Source: Dehalococcoidia bacterium (GTDB taxonomy: Bacteria; Chloroflexota; Dehalococcoidia; Plut-88900). From it: 64,000 bases of DNA. Positions within the stretch are counted from its first letter, which is position 1, and every line of letters begins with the position of its first letter. The stretch spans positions 1,280,001-1,344,000 of the forward strand of contig OZ240219.1 in the NCBI GenBank assembly GCA_965197645.1, read 5' to 3'. Of this stretch, positions 37,716-47,358 are shown piece by piece. The translations under genes and the position numbers were made by a program. The notes beneath the pieces were generated by a model. That model was not told the origin of the DNA. It saw only the letters and a program-made list of their open reading frames with translations, and did not search any database.

Positions 37716-39005
37716 TCAGTCTTGCCGGAGTACGGGTTTCCCGGTCTGGGCCACCCGGCAGATCAGGTCCGCCGCCTTGCTGGTGCCCGGGTTGGCCCGG
37801 AGCTTTCGAGAGTACTCCTCCATCTCCTGACGAAGCTGTTTATTTGCCAGCAGGTCATCGATGGTGTCATGCAGCTCCGATTCGGTGAACTGGTAGGGAA
37901 ACATCCGTATTCCGTACCCCCGCTCGTGCACCCGCTGGGCGTTATCGTGCTGGTCCCAGAACAGCGACATCAGGATCATCGGCTTTCCGAAGTGGACCGT
38001 TTCGGTAACCGTATTGTTTCCTCCGTGGGTAATGACGAGGTCCACGTGGGGAATGACCGAAGGCTGGGGCAGAAACGGCTCGCCGTAGAAGTTGTCCGGC
38101 AGCTCCGTCCCCTGCGTACCGATGCCCAGACTTATTATAAACCTATGCTTGGAGTTTTTCAGCGCACCGATGAGCCGCTCCCTCAGCTCGGCCTCCAGCG
38201 AGCCCATGCTCCCCATGCTGACGTAGATCAGCGCGCCCCGATCTCCCAGCTCTCCGGGGACCCGAAACGAAGGACCTCCCTCGCGAACGCACGAGTCCAG
38301 CCGGTGGAAGGTGCGCGGCAGAGGCGTGGCCCTCCGGTAGTCCAGGATTTCGGGATAGAGGTACAGGTTCAGGTACTCGGACTGGAACATGAAGTCCAGG
38401 TCTCCGAGTGGGGAGCACCCGTGCTCCTGCAGGAAGGCGTTGAACCGATCGTGTATCGGTCCGATGACCCGGCGGTACTCGTCCATGAACGGCCCCCAGG
38501 TCTCGGGTTGGTTGGTAGGCAACCCGGAATAGGTTGGGGGCACGTTGACGTCTCGCATCTCCGTCGGGGTGCAGGAAACTATCCTGATGAAGGGGACTCC
38601 GGCGGTGTGGACTGCAGGATAAGCCACTACGTAGTCCTGGACTATAACGTCGGGCTCTAAACGAGGGAATATCTCTTCCAGCTGGTCCTGTATCGACGGC
38701 GGTTCGGCGGTCATTCCCGCCCAGAACGGTCCGGTAATGGTGGGGATTTGCTGGTGGCTGGTGTGGCTATAGAATGCACCCTGTTGTTCGGAAGCACCGT
38801 CGGCGGATTCTTCCTTCCCCTGTTCGAGGGGTCCCCTTATCGGCGCCACCTCGAAGCCCCGCCCCTCCAGATCCTCCCTGTAGTGCTCGTTTACCACGAA
38901 GATGACCCGCTGGCCCCGCTCCTTCACCCTGTTGGCTATGCCCACGCAGTTGAGGACCGGGCCGTAGATGGGTCCGGGAAAGAAGACTATGTTCTTCATG
39001 GCCAT
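37716..39005 (-). CDS. GT1 (MGT/UDPGT-type) glycosyltransferase
   Basis: YVSMGS, FLPQ, ITHGGNNT..E, DQHDNAQR. Confidence 0.9.
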   Translation of the reverse strand: MAMKNIVFFPGPIYGPVLNCVGIANRVKERGQRVIFVVNEHYREDLEGRGFEVAPIRGPLEQGKEESADGASEQQGAFYSHTSHQQIPTITGPFWAGMTAEPPSIQDQLEEIFPRLEPDVIVQDYVVAYPAVHTAGVPFIRIVSCTPTEMRDVNVPPTYSGLPTNQPETWGPFMDEYRRVIGPIHDRFNAFLQEHGCSPLGDLDFMFQSEYLNLYLYPEILDYRRATPLPRTFHRLDSCVREGGPSFRVPGELGDRGALIYVSMGSMGSLEAELRERLIGALKNSKHRFIISLGIGTQGTELPDNFYGEPFLPQPSVIPHVDLVITHGGNNTVTETVHFGKPMILMSLFWDQHDNAQRVHERGYGIRMFPYQFTESELHDTIDDLLANKQLRQEMEEYSRKLRANPGTSKAADLICRVAQTGKPVLRQD

Positions 39006-39017
39006 TGGCCGGGACTG

Positions 39018-39878
39018 TTACCAGCCCATCAGCTCGAAGGGGCGATTGTAGAGTATGTCGTTGATGATCTCGTCGGGGATGGGAGGCATCTTCACACCGT
39101 CGCCCCAGTCGTTGAAGTTGACGAACGCGTCCCGCGCTTCCTCCGTGGTAATCACCGGAAAATCGGAGCCGAACAGGATGCGGTCTTGCACCTTGTACTC
39201 TATCGCCACCTGGAGGCCGTTGTAGAGCTGCCACTTTCGATGGAGCCTGGCGGACAGGTCTGTCCAGATGTTCTTGTTCTTGCGCATCAGCATCACCGTC
39301 TCCTCCATCATCGGCTGGCCGAAGTGGGCAACGATGATCCTGAGATCGGGATAGGTCCGCCCCACCTTGTCCAGCGTTAGCGGATTTCCCCACTCCAGCG
39401 TGGCGCTGGGCGGGTAAGCGCCGCCCATGTGGAACATCACCACGCCGTTCAGCTCGTTGACCTTCTCGTAGAGGGCCCAGGCCTTGGGGTCCCACGGATC
39501 GAAGCCCTGGTAAACCGGCGACAGCTTCAAGCCGTGCAGACCCAGGTCCGTCATGCTCCTCTCCACCTCCTCGACGGCCCCTTCGTCGTTGGGGTGTACA
39601 CAACAGAGGCCCCTGGCCCGTCCAGGGTACTGGGAGATGTACTCCGATACGAAATCGTTGTTCCGTACGCGCTGTTCTCTCGTGCCGACGCCTGACGGCG
39701 GGGCGATGAGTAGGAACTTCTGGGCCACGCCGGCCACCTTCTCGCGATAGCCCTCGGGGCCGCCGCCCTCCGTGTTTCGTACGCCGTGTTTCTTCATCTC
39801 CTCCTTGGCGGCCTCCGAGACGGTCTCGGGAGCGAAGCAGTGGGTGTGCCAGTCTATCAGTGTGTTATCCGTCGTCAT
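39018..39878 (-). CDS. Amidohydrolase family 2 protein
   Basis: IDWHTH, GLKLSPVYQ, AHFGQP, FGSDFP. Confidence 0.9.
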   Translation of the reverse strand: MTTDNTLIDWHTHCFAPETVSEAAKEEMKKHGVRNTEGGGPEGYREKVAGVAQKFLLIAPPSGVGTREQRVRNNDFVSEYISQYPGRARGLCCVHPNDEGAVEEVERSMTDLGLHGLKLSPVYQGFDPWDPKAWALYEKVNELNGVVMFHMGGAYPPSATLEWGNPLTLDKVGRTYPDLRIIVAHFGQPMMEETVMLMRKNKNIWTDLSARLHRKWQLYNGLQVAIEYKVQDRILFGSDFPVITTEEARDAFVNFNDWGDGVKMPPIPDEIINDILYNRPFELMGW

Positions 39879-40032
39879 GGTATGTCCTCCCCGGTGTGGT
39901 AGATGGATAGCGGTCTGCAATGCGTGGTGGGAACTGTAGTTATTTAACTACTCCATTTCAGATTCAATGTCAACAAGGGCTTCACCTATAATGGGCCTGC
40001 ATCATCTATCCTTCCTCTGGCCGGGGGGGTCA

Positions 40033-40788
40033 ATGGAAGCCGGCAGCAAATGGGGCCGTCTCATGCGCCGCGACTGGGACGCCCGTGCTCGCAGCGACGC
40101 TTTTCACTACAGTACCTGGCGCCTCAAAGACGGCAGGTGGGACGAAAAATCCTACTTCGAGTCGGGAGAGCGGGACTACCGGCTGTGGGTCGAACCCGTC
40201 CTGGGACCCACCGACCTGCAGCCGAAAGACAGCGATATGCTGGAGCTGGGGTGCGGGATAGGCAGGATGACCAGGACCTTTGCCCGGCAGTTCAAATCCG
40301 TCTGCGCCATCGACGTATCACCCGAAATGCTGGCACGGGCCACGGACTATAATCGCCACTTAACCAACGTCACCTGGCAGGAGGGCAACGGTTTCGATCT
40401 TGCTCATCTGGACAGCGACCGGTTCGACTTCGCTTTCAGCTTCCTGGTGTTCCAGCACGTTCCTGAAGCTGAGATAATACTGGGCAATATCGGGGAGATG
40501 GTCCGGGTGCTTAAATCCAAGGGCCTGTTCCTGTTTCAGTACAACGGAGAGACTGAACCGCCTTATAGCCTGGCACAGAGGGTGGCGTGGGGCTTTCTGG
40601 ACCGGTGGCGAATCCCTATGGTCTCCCGGCTCATGGGCGCCGATATCCACGAGGCGGGAAAGACCTGGGCAGGGGCATCGCTCACCGTGGAGGAGGTCAC
40701 CCAGCGGGTACAAGCCCACGGCGGGACGGTACAGGGGAGCAAGGGAGCGGGGACTCCGGCCGCTTGGTGCTGGGGAGTGAAGGACTAG
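40033..40788 (+). CDS. Class I SAM-dependent methyltransferase
   Basis: LELGCGIGR, DVSPEML, VFQHVP; start uncertain. Confidence 0.88.
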   Translation: MEAGSKWGRLMRRDWDARARSDAFHYSTWRLKDGRWDEKSYFESGERDYRLWVEPVLGPTDLQPKDSDMLELGCGIGRMTRTFARQFKSVCAIDVSPEMLARATDYNRHLTNVTWQEGNGFDLAHLDSDRFDFAFSFLVFQHVPEAEIILGNIGEMVRVLKSKGLFLFQYNGETEPPYSLAQRVAWGFLDRWRIPMVSRLMGADIHEAGKTWAGASLTVEEVTQRVQAHGGTVQGSKGAGTPAAWCWGVKD

Positions 40789-40873
40789 CCGAAAAGTCCC
40801 CCTGCCCCTTGAACTCTCCACCATCCTCTAATACTATTCGAGTGCGAGGCTATCCAAAGTAAGGAGGGGTTGT

Positions 40874-41728
40874 ATGGTTGGTAACGGAAGACCGCACGGG
40901 GACGACCTGGGCAACATAGTGATCCTGGAGCACGTAAACGTCACAGTCCCGGACCAAAGCTTGGCCACGACCTTTTACATCTCGGGGCTTGGCGGCACTA
41001 GGGACCCCTACCTGATGGTGGGGCTGGACAACATGTGGGTGAACCTGGGGGAGCAGCAGTTTCATCTCCCCACCAGCAACGCCCAGGTTATCCCGGGACA
41101 CGTCGGGCTCATAGTCCCGGACTTGGAGAATCTCAAGGCTCGTCTGGAGGAAGTAGAGGAGCCGCTGGCCGGCACCCGCTATAGCTGGTCGGAGAGCGAT
41201 GGGTGTATGGAGGTAACCGGGCCTTGGGGCAACAACTTCCGATGCTACGAACCCGCCCCCGAGTACGGAGACAATCACCTGGGAGTGCCTTACGTGGAGT
41301 TTTTAGCCCGGCCGGGGACCGCCGAGGGAATAGCCGCCTTCTATGAGCAGGTGCTTGGTGCGCCTTCGTCGGTCAGCGGCGAGAACGGCGGCAAAACGGC
41401 CGAGATACAGGTCGGCAAGTCCCAGCGTCTGGTCTTCAGAGAGACGGACGACGGCGCCGGGGAGTACGACGGCCACCACATCGCCATCTACGTGGCCAAC
41501 ATATCCAACTCCTACAGCTCGTTGGAGGAGAAGGGCCTGATTACCGAAGAGTTCGACGCCCACCAGTACCGGTTCCAGGAGATTGTGGACCCGGAAAGCG
41601 GCGAAAAGCTGCATACGTTGGAACACGAGGTACGGAGCATGTTCCACCCCATGTATGGCCGCAACCTGGTGAACCGGGACTCAGGTCAGAACCTCATGGC
41701 CTACCGGAAGGGGCGGGACGCCCTTTAA
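40874..41728 (+). CDS. VOC/glyoxalase-like protein
   Basis: LEHVNVTVPD, QQFHLP, YDGHHIAIY, EHEVRS. Confidence 0.75.
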   Translation: MVGNGRPHGDDLGNIVILEHVNVTVPDQSLATTFYISGLGGTRDPYLMVGLDNMWVNLGEQQFHLPTSNAQVIPGHVGLIVPDLENLKARLEEVEEPLAGTRYSWSESDGCMEVTGPWGNNFRCYEPAPEYGDNHLGVPYVEFLARPGTAEGIAAFYEQVLGAPSSVSGENGGKTAEIQVGKSQRLVFRETDDGAGEYDGHHIAIYVANISNSYSSLEEKGLITEEFDAHQYRFQEIVDPESGEKLHTLEHEVRSMFHPMYGRNLVNRDSGQNLMAYRKGRDAL

Positions 41729-41773
41729 TAGGGCCGGAAGTCCTTCTTCCGGCATCAGCGGAGGTCAACCTTC

Positions 41774-43159
41774 ATGGACGATATCATCTACACGTCCGCT
41801 ACGAGGCTTGTCCAGGCCATCGCCGATAAAGAGGTCTCGTCGGCCGAGGTCATCGATGCTCACCTGGAGAGGATCGAAGTGGTAAACCCCAAGCTGAACG
41901 CCGTCGTCCAGCTGGCGGAGGAGAGGGCCCGGTCCGAAGCTCAAGAGGCCGACGCTGCCCTTGCTAAGGGTGAGAGCAAGGGCGCTCTCCATGGCCTGCC
42001 CATAACTATCAAGGACTCTCTGGATACCGAGGGGATAGTAACCACAGGCGGCACCATGGGCCGCAAAGGTTCGGTGCCGGACAGCGACTCAACGGTGGTG
42101 GCCCGGTTGCGGGCAGCCGGCGCCATAGTGTTAGGCAAGACCAACACCCCCGAGCTGACCATGGCCTACGAGACCGATAATCTAGTCTACGGCGTAACCC
42201 GCAATCCCTACGATCTTACACGGACCCCGGGCGGAAGCAGTGGTGGCGCCGGGGCCATCATCGCATCCGGGGGCTCGCCCCTGGACATGGGCAGCGATAC
42301 CGGCGGCAGCATCAGGCAGCCTTCCCATTTCAGCGGCATAGCCGGCATCAAGCCGACATCGGGCCGGGTTCCTCGAACCGGTCATGCCGTGCCCTACGCC
42401 TTGGGTGCCCAGGACTCTCTGACCCAGATCGGCCCTATGGCCCGTTACGTCGACGACCTGGTACTTGCCCTACCGATAATCTCCGGCGTGGACTGGCGAG
42501 ACCCGGCCATCGTCCCCATGCCCCTCGGCGATCCCAACGACGTCGATCTAGGCGCCCTGCGAATCGCCATGCATACCGACAACGGCATCTGTACCCCCGA
42601 TGAGGACGTGATGCAGGTGGTGAGAGACGCCGTGGCTGCTCTGAACGGGGTCGTTTCGGTGATCGACGAGAGGAGACCGGAGGCGCTGGCGAAATACTCG
42701 GAGATGACCGATCTGGACAAGGACGGCAACGCCTGGCTGACCCGGCTGCTGGCCAGGTCCGGCACCACGGAAATCCACCCCTGGATCAGCCACTGGATCG
42801 AATCAACCGAGACCTGGACGGCTGATAGATACTCGGCCGCCCTCGAGGAACGAGACGAGTTTCGCAGCGAAATGCTCACCTTCATGGAGGACTACGACGC
42901 CATCCTGTGTCCGCCGGCGGCAAAGCCGGCCATTCCCCTCGGCACCTGGATCGACGACGAGAACGAGCACCTTTTCACCTACACGGCCGTGTACAACGTC
43001 ACCGGTTGGCCTGGGACCGTAGTCAGGGGAGGCACCTCGGCGGAAGGTCTGCCCATCGGGGTGCAGGTGGTGACGAGGCCGTGGCGGGAGGACGTGTCGC
43101 TAGCCCTGGCCCAACGCCTGGAGGCCGAGCTAGGCGGGTTCCAGCCGCCCTCCATCTAG
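41774..43159 (+). CDS. Amidase (amidase signature family)
   Basis: ITIKD, GGSSGG, SDTGGSIRQP. Confidence 0.93.
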   Translation: MDDIIYTSATRLVQAIADKEVSSAEVIDAHLERIEVVNPKLNAVVQLAEERARSEAQEADAALAKGESKGALHGLPITIKDSLDTEGIVTTGGTMGRKGSVPDSDSTVVARLRAAGAIVLGKTNTPELTMAYETDNLVYGVTRNPYDLTRTPGGSSGGAGAIIASGGSPLDMGSDTGGSIRQPSHFSGIAGIKPTSGRVPRTGHAVPYALGAQDSLTQIGPMARYVDDLVLALPIISGVDWRDPAIVPMPLGDPNDVDLGALRIAMHTDNGICTPDEDVMQVVRDAVAALNGVVSVIDERRPEALAKYSEMTDLDKDGNAWLTRLLARSGTTEIHPWISHWIESTETWTADRYSAALEERDEFRSEMLTFMEDYDAILCPPAAKPAIPLGTWIDDENEHLFTYTAVYNVTGWPGTVVRGGTSAEGLPIGVQVVTRPWREDVSLALAQRLEAELGGFQPPSI

Positions 43160-43171
43160 CTGCACGAACAT

Positions 43172-43405
43172 CCCCAGATTGCTTCGCTTCCACCGCCCTC
43201 CTTCAGGCCTTCCATCGCTCGCGACGACGGCAACAGTAAGCTTGAGTCCGTGCCCTCGTCATTGCGAGACCCGATGAAGTCGGGGCGTGGCAATCTAGCT
43301 AGGCTTGGCCGTTGGCTGGCAAGGACGTGTACCCCGCTGCCCCAGATTGCTTCGCTCCCTTCGACCTCCTTCAGGACCAGCTCCCCCGTCGCTCGCAACG
43401 ACGGC
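43172..43405. repeat. Cluster of three GTCATTGCGAG..GCAATC-type REP-like elements
   Basis: CCCCAGATTGCTTCGCT..TCGCTCGC(G/A)ACGACGGC twice, flanking an inverted GTCATTGCGAG..GTGGCAATCT. Confidence 0.75.
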
Positions 43406-43461
43406 TCTCGATCCGCAGGAAAGGGCTAGGGGGATGTTCGGAAGGCTATTCCAGCACCCCG

Positions 43462-44316
43462 TCAGTCCAGCTCGGCCAGGGCAATTCCGTGCTCACCCGC
43501 GACTGAGTACAGCAAGTAGGTGGACTCGCCCTCCCGGTAGATGGCTGGATCGCGTAGCTGGCGCACCCGCTTCATAATGGCCCCCCGTACGGACGGCGCC
43601 GGCGGCAGGTCCGCTCCCTCGTATTCCGTCTCCGGCTCCAGTACCACCTCGGGATCCGACTCCCTCCATTCGCTCCAGTCGGGGGTCAGGTCGATGGTCG
43701 CGTAGAGGATCCGCTCGGGGCTTTCGCCAACGTTGGTGTAGAAGACCTCCAGCTTGCCGTTCCTTACCCTTACCGCAGAGTGGCGCATATCGGGGCTGAA
43801 TAGGGTCGTTCCCTCCTCGAACCCGGTCAACCCGTTCTTGGACCGGTAGAAGATGCCCGGCATAGCCAGCGCGTAGTGATATCCGTTCCACTGGAAGACG
43901 CGAAAGTACGCCTCGCCGAGGCTGTCGGGCAGCGCATCGAACTTGATGCCGTCCTGGGATACGGCTACCTTCGACCGCTGTACCTCTTCACCTACCCAAC
44001 CATGGTAGTACATACGCACCTCCCGGTTGGTCTCGTCCACGTGCACGTCCGGCGATGCGATGTGGTTGTAGCAGTGGGAGTGCTCCAGGCCGAGTGTTCC
44101 GGGTTCGTACACCTTCCAGGGGCCTTCCAACCGGTCGGAGTAGGCCAAGCGTATGTAGCTACCCACGTGATGGGCGAAATATAGGTAGTACTTGCCCAAC
44201 GGCCTCTCCAGCCAGGACGGCGCCTGGACCAATGAGGGGCCGTTTACATTGTCGCCCTGGTCTCTTCCGGCATAGGGCCCGATGATCGGGTTGCCTGCAA
44301 ATCTATGGATTCTCAT
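43462..44316 (-). CDS. Beta-propeller glycoside hydrolase-like protein
   Basis: YYLYFAHH, HIASPDV, LRDPAIY. Confidence 0.7.
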   Translation of the reverse strand: MRIHRFAGNPIIGPYAGRDQGDNVNGPSLVQAPSWLERPLGKYYLYFAHHVGSYIRLAYSDRLEGPWKVYEPGTLGLEHSHCYNHIASPDVHVDETNREVRMYYHGWVGEEVQRSKVAVSQDGIKFDALPDSLGEAYFRVFQWNGYHYALAMPGIFYRSKNGLTGFEEGTTLFSPDMRHSAVRVRNGKLEVFYTNVGESPERILYATIDLTPDWSEWRESDPEVVLEPETEYEGADLPPAPSVRGAIMKRVRQLRDPAIYREGESTYLLYSVAGEHGIALAELD

Positions 44317-44337
44317 CGTGGGTGAACTTCCTGGCTT

Positions 44338-45573
44338 CTAAGCGGGCGCCCGCCTGGCAACGGTTCTTCTCGGAAGGAGAATGCCCGCTACGGTAATCAG
44401 CATGGCGGACAAGCTGGTGACGATCAAGGCCAGCCTCTGATCGTCGGTTGTCTGATGTATTGCGCCGGCCAGCAGCGGCCCGACGAAGGAGCCGGCCCAT
44501 ATCATAGTGGTCATGAAGGTTAAGGTTACAGCAATCTCCCTGGGTTTTATGCCGGGCAACTCGAAAGGAATGGTGAACACTATGGGGATGAAGGCTGAGC
44601 CCAGGCCATTCAGAAGGGAGAGGAGTACCAGGGTCGAGAAGGAGGCGGTGAATAGCATCGCCACACCGCTCACCGTAGCGGCCACTCCGGCCACCATCAG
44701 CACCTCCTTCTTCCGGCCCGTCTTCGATGCAACAACTCCGATGCCGATCCCTCCCATCGACGAGACGAATCCGCTGATGGCCAGCATAATCGACGTCGTG
44801 CCGACGGAGACGTCATGAAAGTCCAGCATGAAGCTGGGCCAGAATACGGCGAATGCCGAGAAACCGATCCCTGCTCCCATCATGCCCAGACCGCCGATGG
44901 CGAGGTCCTTGTACTTGAAGAGGGTGGCCATGGGATTGGCCACCTGGGAGCGAACGTCGGCTTCGTACTCTGGGGTTATGCGCTCCCGACCCAGCAGCTG
45001 CCACAGGACGGCAAAAACCAGGCACGTAATGGAGAAAACCACGTAGGTACCGCGCCAGCTGCCGTCCATCAGATTCAGGATGACCGGCGTGATGAGGAAC
45101 CCAACCGCCGTTAGTCCCCAGACGGCGCTCCCCAAGCCGTTGACTATCACTATCTCGTGTACGGGCACCCACTGCCGGATGAGAAGAGCACGGGCCGGCT
45201 CCCGCGCCACCGATACCAGGCTGTAGAGGAATCGGCCCAACAGCAGAAGGGCGAAGGTCGGGGACCAACCCTGGAACAGCGCAAATCCCGCCACAGCGAA
45301 AAGACTGAAGGAGGTGACCAGCTTCGGGCGGAAACCGGATAGCAGCCAGCTCAGAGGCATGGCTATCACGAAGTTGGCTATGCGAGGTATGGAACCCAAC
45401 AGTCCCTCTTCGAAGGGGGAAAGCCCCAGGTCATCCCGGATGCTGGGGAGGAGCAGCCCGATGCTCTCCAGGACGGAGTAGCCCCAAACGTGCCCCACCA
45501 TCCAGAGAGGAAGGATCACCCATCGATACGAGGAAGGGCCCGCTGCTTCGATGTTAGCTTGGGTGGTGGACAT
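44338..45573 (-). CDS. MFS transporter
   Basis: About 12 hydrophobic segments, LLLGR motif; start taken at MSTTQ. Confidence 0.88.
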   Translation of the reverse strand: MSTTQANIEAAGPSSYRWVILPLWMVGHVWGYSVLESIGLLLPSIRDDLGLSPFEEGLLGSIPRIANFVIAMPLSWLLSGFRPKLVTSFSLFAVAGFALFQGWSPTFALLLLGRFLYSLVSVAREPARALLIRQWVPVHEIVIVNGLGSAVWGLTAVGFLITPVILNLMDGSWRGTYVVFSITCLVFAVLWQLLGRERITPEYEADVRSQVANPMATLFKYKDLAIGGLGMMGAGIGFSAFAVFWPSFMLDFHDVSVGTTSIMLAISGFVSSMGGIGIGVVASKTGRKKEVLMVAGVAATVSGVAMLFTASFSTLVLLSLLNGLGSAFIPIVFTIPFELPGIKPREIAVTLTFMTTMIWAGSFVGPLLAGAIHQTTDDQRLALIVTSLSAMLITVAGILLPRRTVARRAPA

Positions 45574-45799
45574 GCACAGGCCATCATACTTGACCGTGCC
45601 CAGTAAACAAGGCTGCCCGCCGGTGAATCGCCGAAGGAGGAGCGCTTCATAGCAGCAACCCTCTGTTAAGGGCCAAGCAGGCACGGCTTCGTTGCCAGTG
45701 GCTTGATATCTACGAAATCAGGCTGTACCGGATAACGTGCTATGATGCCCCCCGTTCGAGGCAGGACGCTCGATCTGATTACTACTTACGGAGGCACAC

Positions 45800-46579
45800 T
45801 TGAGACTGAAAGACAAAGTGGCGGTGATTACGGGCGCGACTGCAGGTATGGGAAGGGCTTCGGCTGTGCTCTTCGCTCGCGAGGGCGCCAAGGTGGTGAT
45901 GACGGGTCGAAGGAAGAGCCTGGGTGAGGAGATAGCCGGAGGCATCAGGGAAGAGGGGGGTGATGTGCTCTTCGTCCAGGCTGACGCCTCCCGTGCCGAG
46001 GAAGTTCAGAAGGTGGTCGAGGCAACTGTACAGACCTATGGCAGGCTCGATGTACTGTTCAACAATGCGGGTATCAATGGCGATACCGTAGGCGGCCCGG
46101 ACCAGGAGTCCGAGGATGTATGGGAATCGGTTATAAACGTTAACCTGAAGGGGGTCTACCTGGGCATCAAGTACGCGGTGCCTGAGATGCGAAAGGTGGG
46201 AGGAGGCTCGATCATCAACAACTCGTCGGTGAACGACATCCAGGGGGATTTCTCGTCAAGCTCTTCGTATCACGCCTCCAAGGGCGGAGTCACGGCCCTC
46301 ACCAAGAAGGCCGCGGTCGTGTACGCCTCCGACAACATCAGGGTGAATGCGGTGAATCCCGGCCCCATCGCCACTGAGATGTCCGATGTGCCCTGGGACA
46401 AGCTGGAGGACCCTGCGGTGATCGAGATGCGAAAGAAGAAACAACCTTTGCCCCGCATGGGCCACCCGATGGACGTGGCTTACGCCGCTCTATACTTCGC
46501 CTCGGACGAATCGGCCTTCGTTACCGGGGCGACCCTTCTGATTGATGGTGGGCAGAGCGCAGCATATCGCGATGCGTGA
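45800..46579 (+). CDS. SDR family oxidoreductase
   Basis: TGATAGMG, NNAG, YHASK. Confidence 0.92.
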   Translation: MRLKDKVAVITGATAGMGRASAVLFAREGAKVVMTGRRKSLGEEIAGGIREEGGDVLFVQADASRAEEVQKVVEATVQTYGRLDVLFNNAGINGDTVGGPDQESEDVWESVINVNLKGVYLGIKYAVPEMRKVGGGSIINNSSVNDIQGDFSSSSSYHASKGGVTALTKKAAVVYASDNIRVNAVNPGPIATEMSDVPWDKLEDPAVIEMRKKKQPLPRMGHPMDVAYAALYFASDESAFVTGATLLIDGGQSAAYRDA

Positions 46580-46650
46580 TGCGGGGTTTCGACATCTTAG
46601 ACCGAGGACAGCGCCCGTCAGCTGGCCAACGCCCGGCCGTACGATCGTCA

Positions 46651-46659
46651 TGTTATAAT
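46651..46659 (+). promoter_or_regulatory. Extended -10 promoter TGtTATAAT for tRNA-Asn
   Basis: Consensus ending 8 nt upstream of the tRNA. Confidence 0.7.
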
Positions 46660-46667
46660 TTCAACGG

Positions 46668-46742
46668 TCCCCGATAGCTCAATGGTAGAGCGAGCGGCTG
46701 TTAACCGCTAGGTTTCAGGTTCGAGTCCTGATCGGGGAGCCA
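46668..46742 (+). tRNA. tRNA-Asn (GTT)
   Basis: TCCCCGA/TCGGGGA acceptor stem, AGCGG-CTGTTAA-CCGCT anticodon arm, GGTTCGAG T-loop, CCA end. Confidence 0.98.
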
Positions 46743-46974
46743 ACCCCCCTGACAGACAGTACTTCGGTCGTCTTGGTTGATCCGCTGCCGACGTCTGGCT
46801 GGTCTCTCACCACCCGACCGGTTTTCTGATGATTCCGACTTCGTCGGTCAGAATAGCGGGAAACAGGCTCCGCCTCAAGTGGCTCTTCCAGAGGTGCTTG
46901 ACGTATGTCGGGGCGTCAGCCAGCGAGACCCACACATATCCGTCCAATTGCGAGTGTTCTTGTAGTGGGAAGGT

Positions 46975-47319
46975 CTACAGGCGGTCTAGCAAGTACGTGA
47001 TGGGGTCTTTGCCTTCTATGCGAGTTGGCCTCTTGAATCCATCCTCAATTTCAACTACCACAAACGAGCCTGTGGGTTCCTTACTGAATTCCCCGATGAG
47101 ATCACCCGCCAGCCACAACGCTCCGGAATATGCGCTACCAAACCTGAGTACCGCCACAGGCTCTGGGCTGGATTCAAGGTAAATGTTGATCCGGCCAGAC
47201 ATGGCCAATAGATCGGCGATACGGTCTTTGCCTATCTTGACTGCAAATTTCTTACCCACTTCTTCGCCAGCAGCCCTGGACAAGACCTCTATTGTAGGCG
47301 GTGCAGTTAGCGGTGCCAC
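46975..47319 (-). CDS. Hypothetical protein
   Basis: SD AAGGAGG; directly downstream of the HAD gene. Confidence 0.65.
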   Translation of the reverse strand: MAPLTAPPTIEVLSRAAGEEVGKKFAVKIGKDRIADLLAMSGRINIYLESSPEPVAVLRFGSAYSGALWLAGDLIGEFSKEPTGSFVVVEIEDGFKRPTRIEGKDPITYLLDRL

Positions 47320-47358
47320 GTCCTTGCCTCCTTAAGTTGGCTAAACGGTGTTCGGTCG

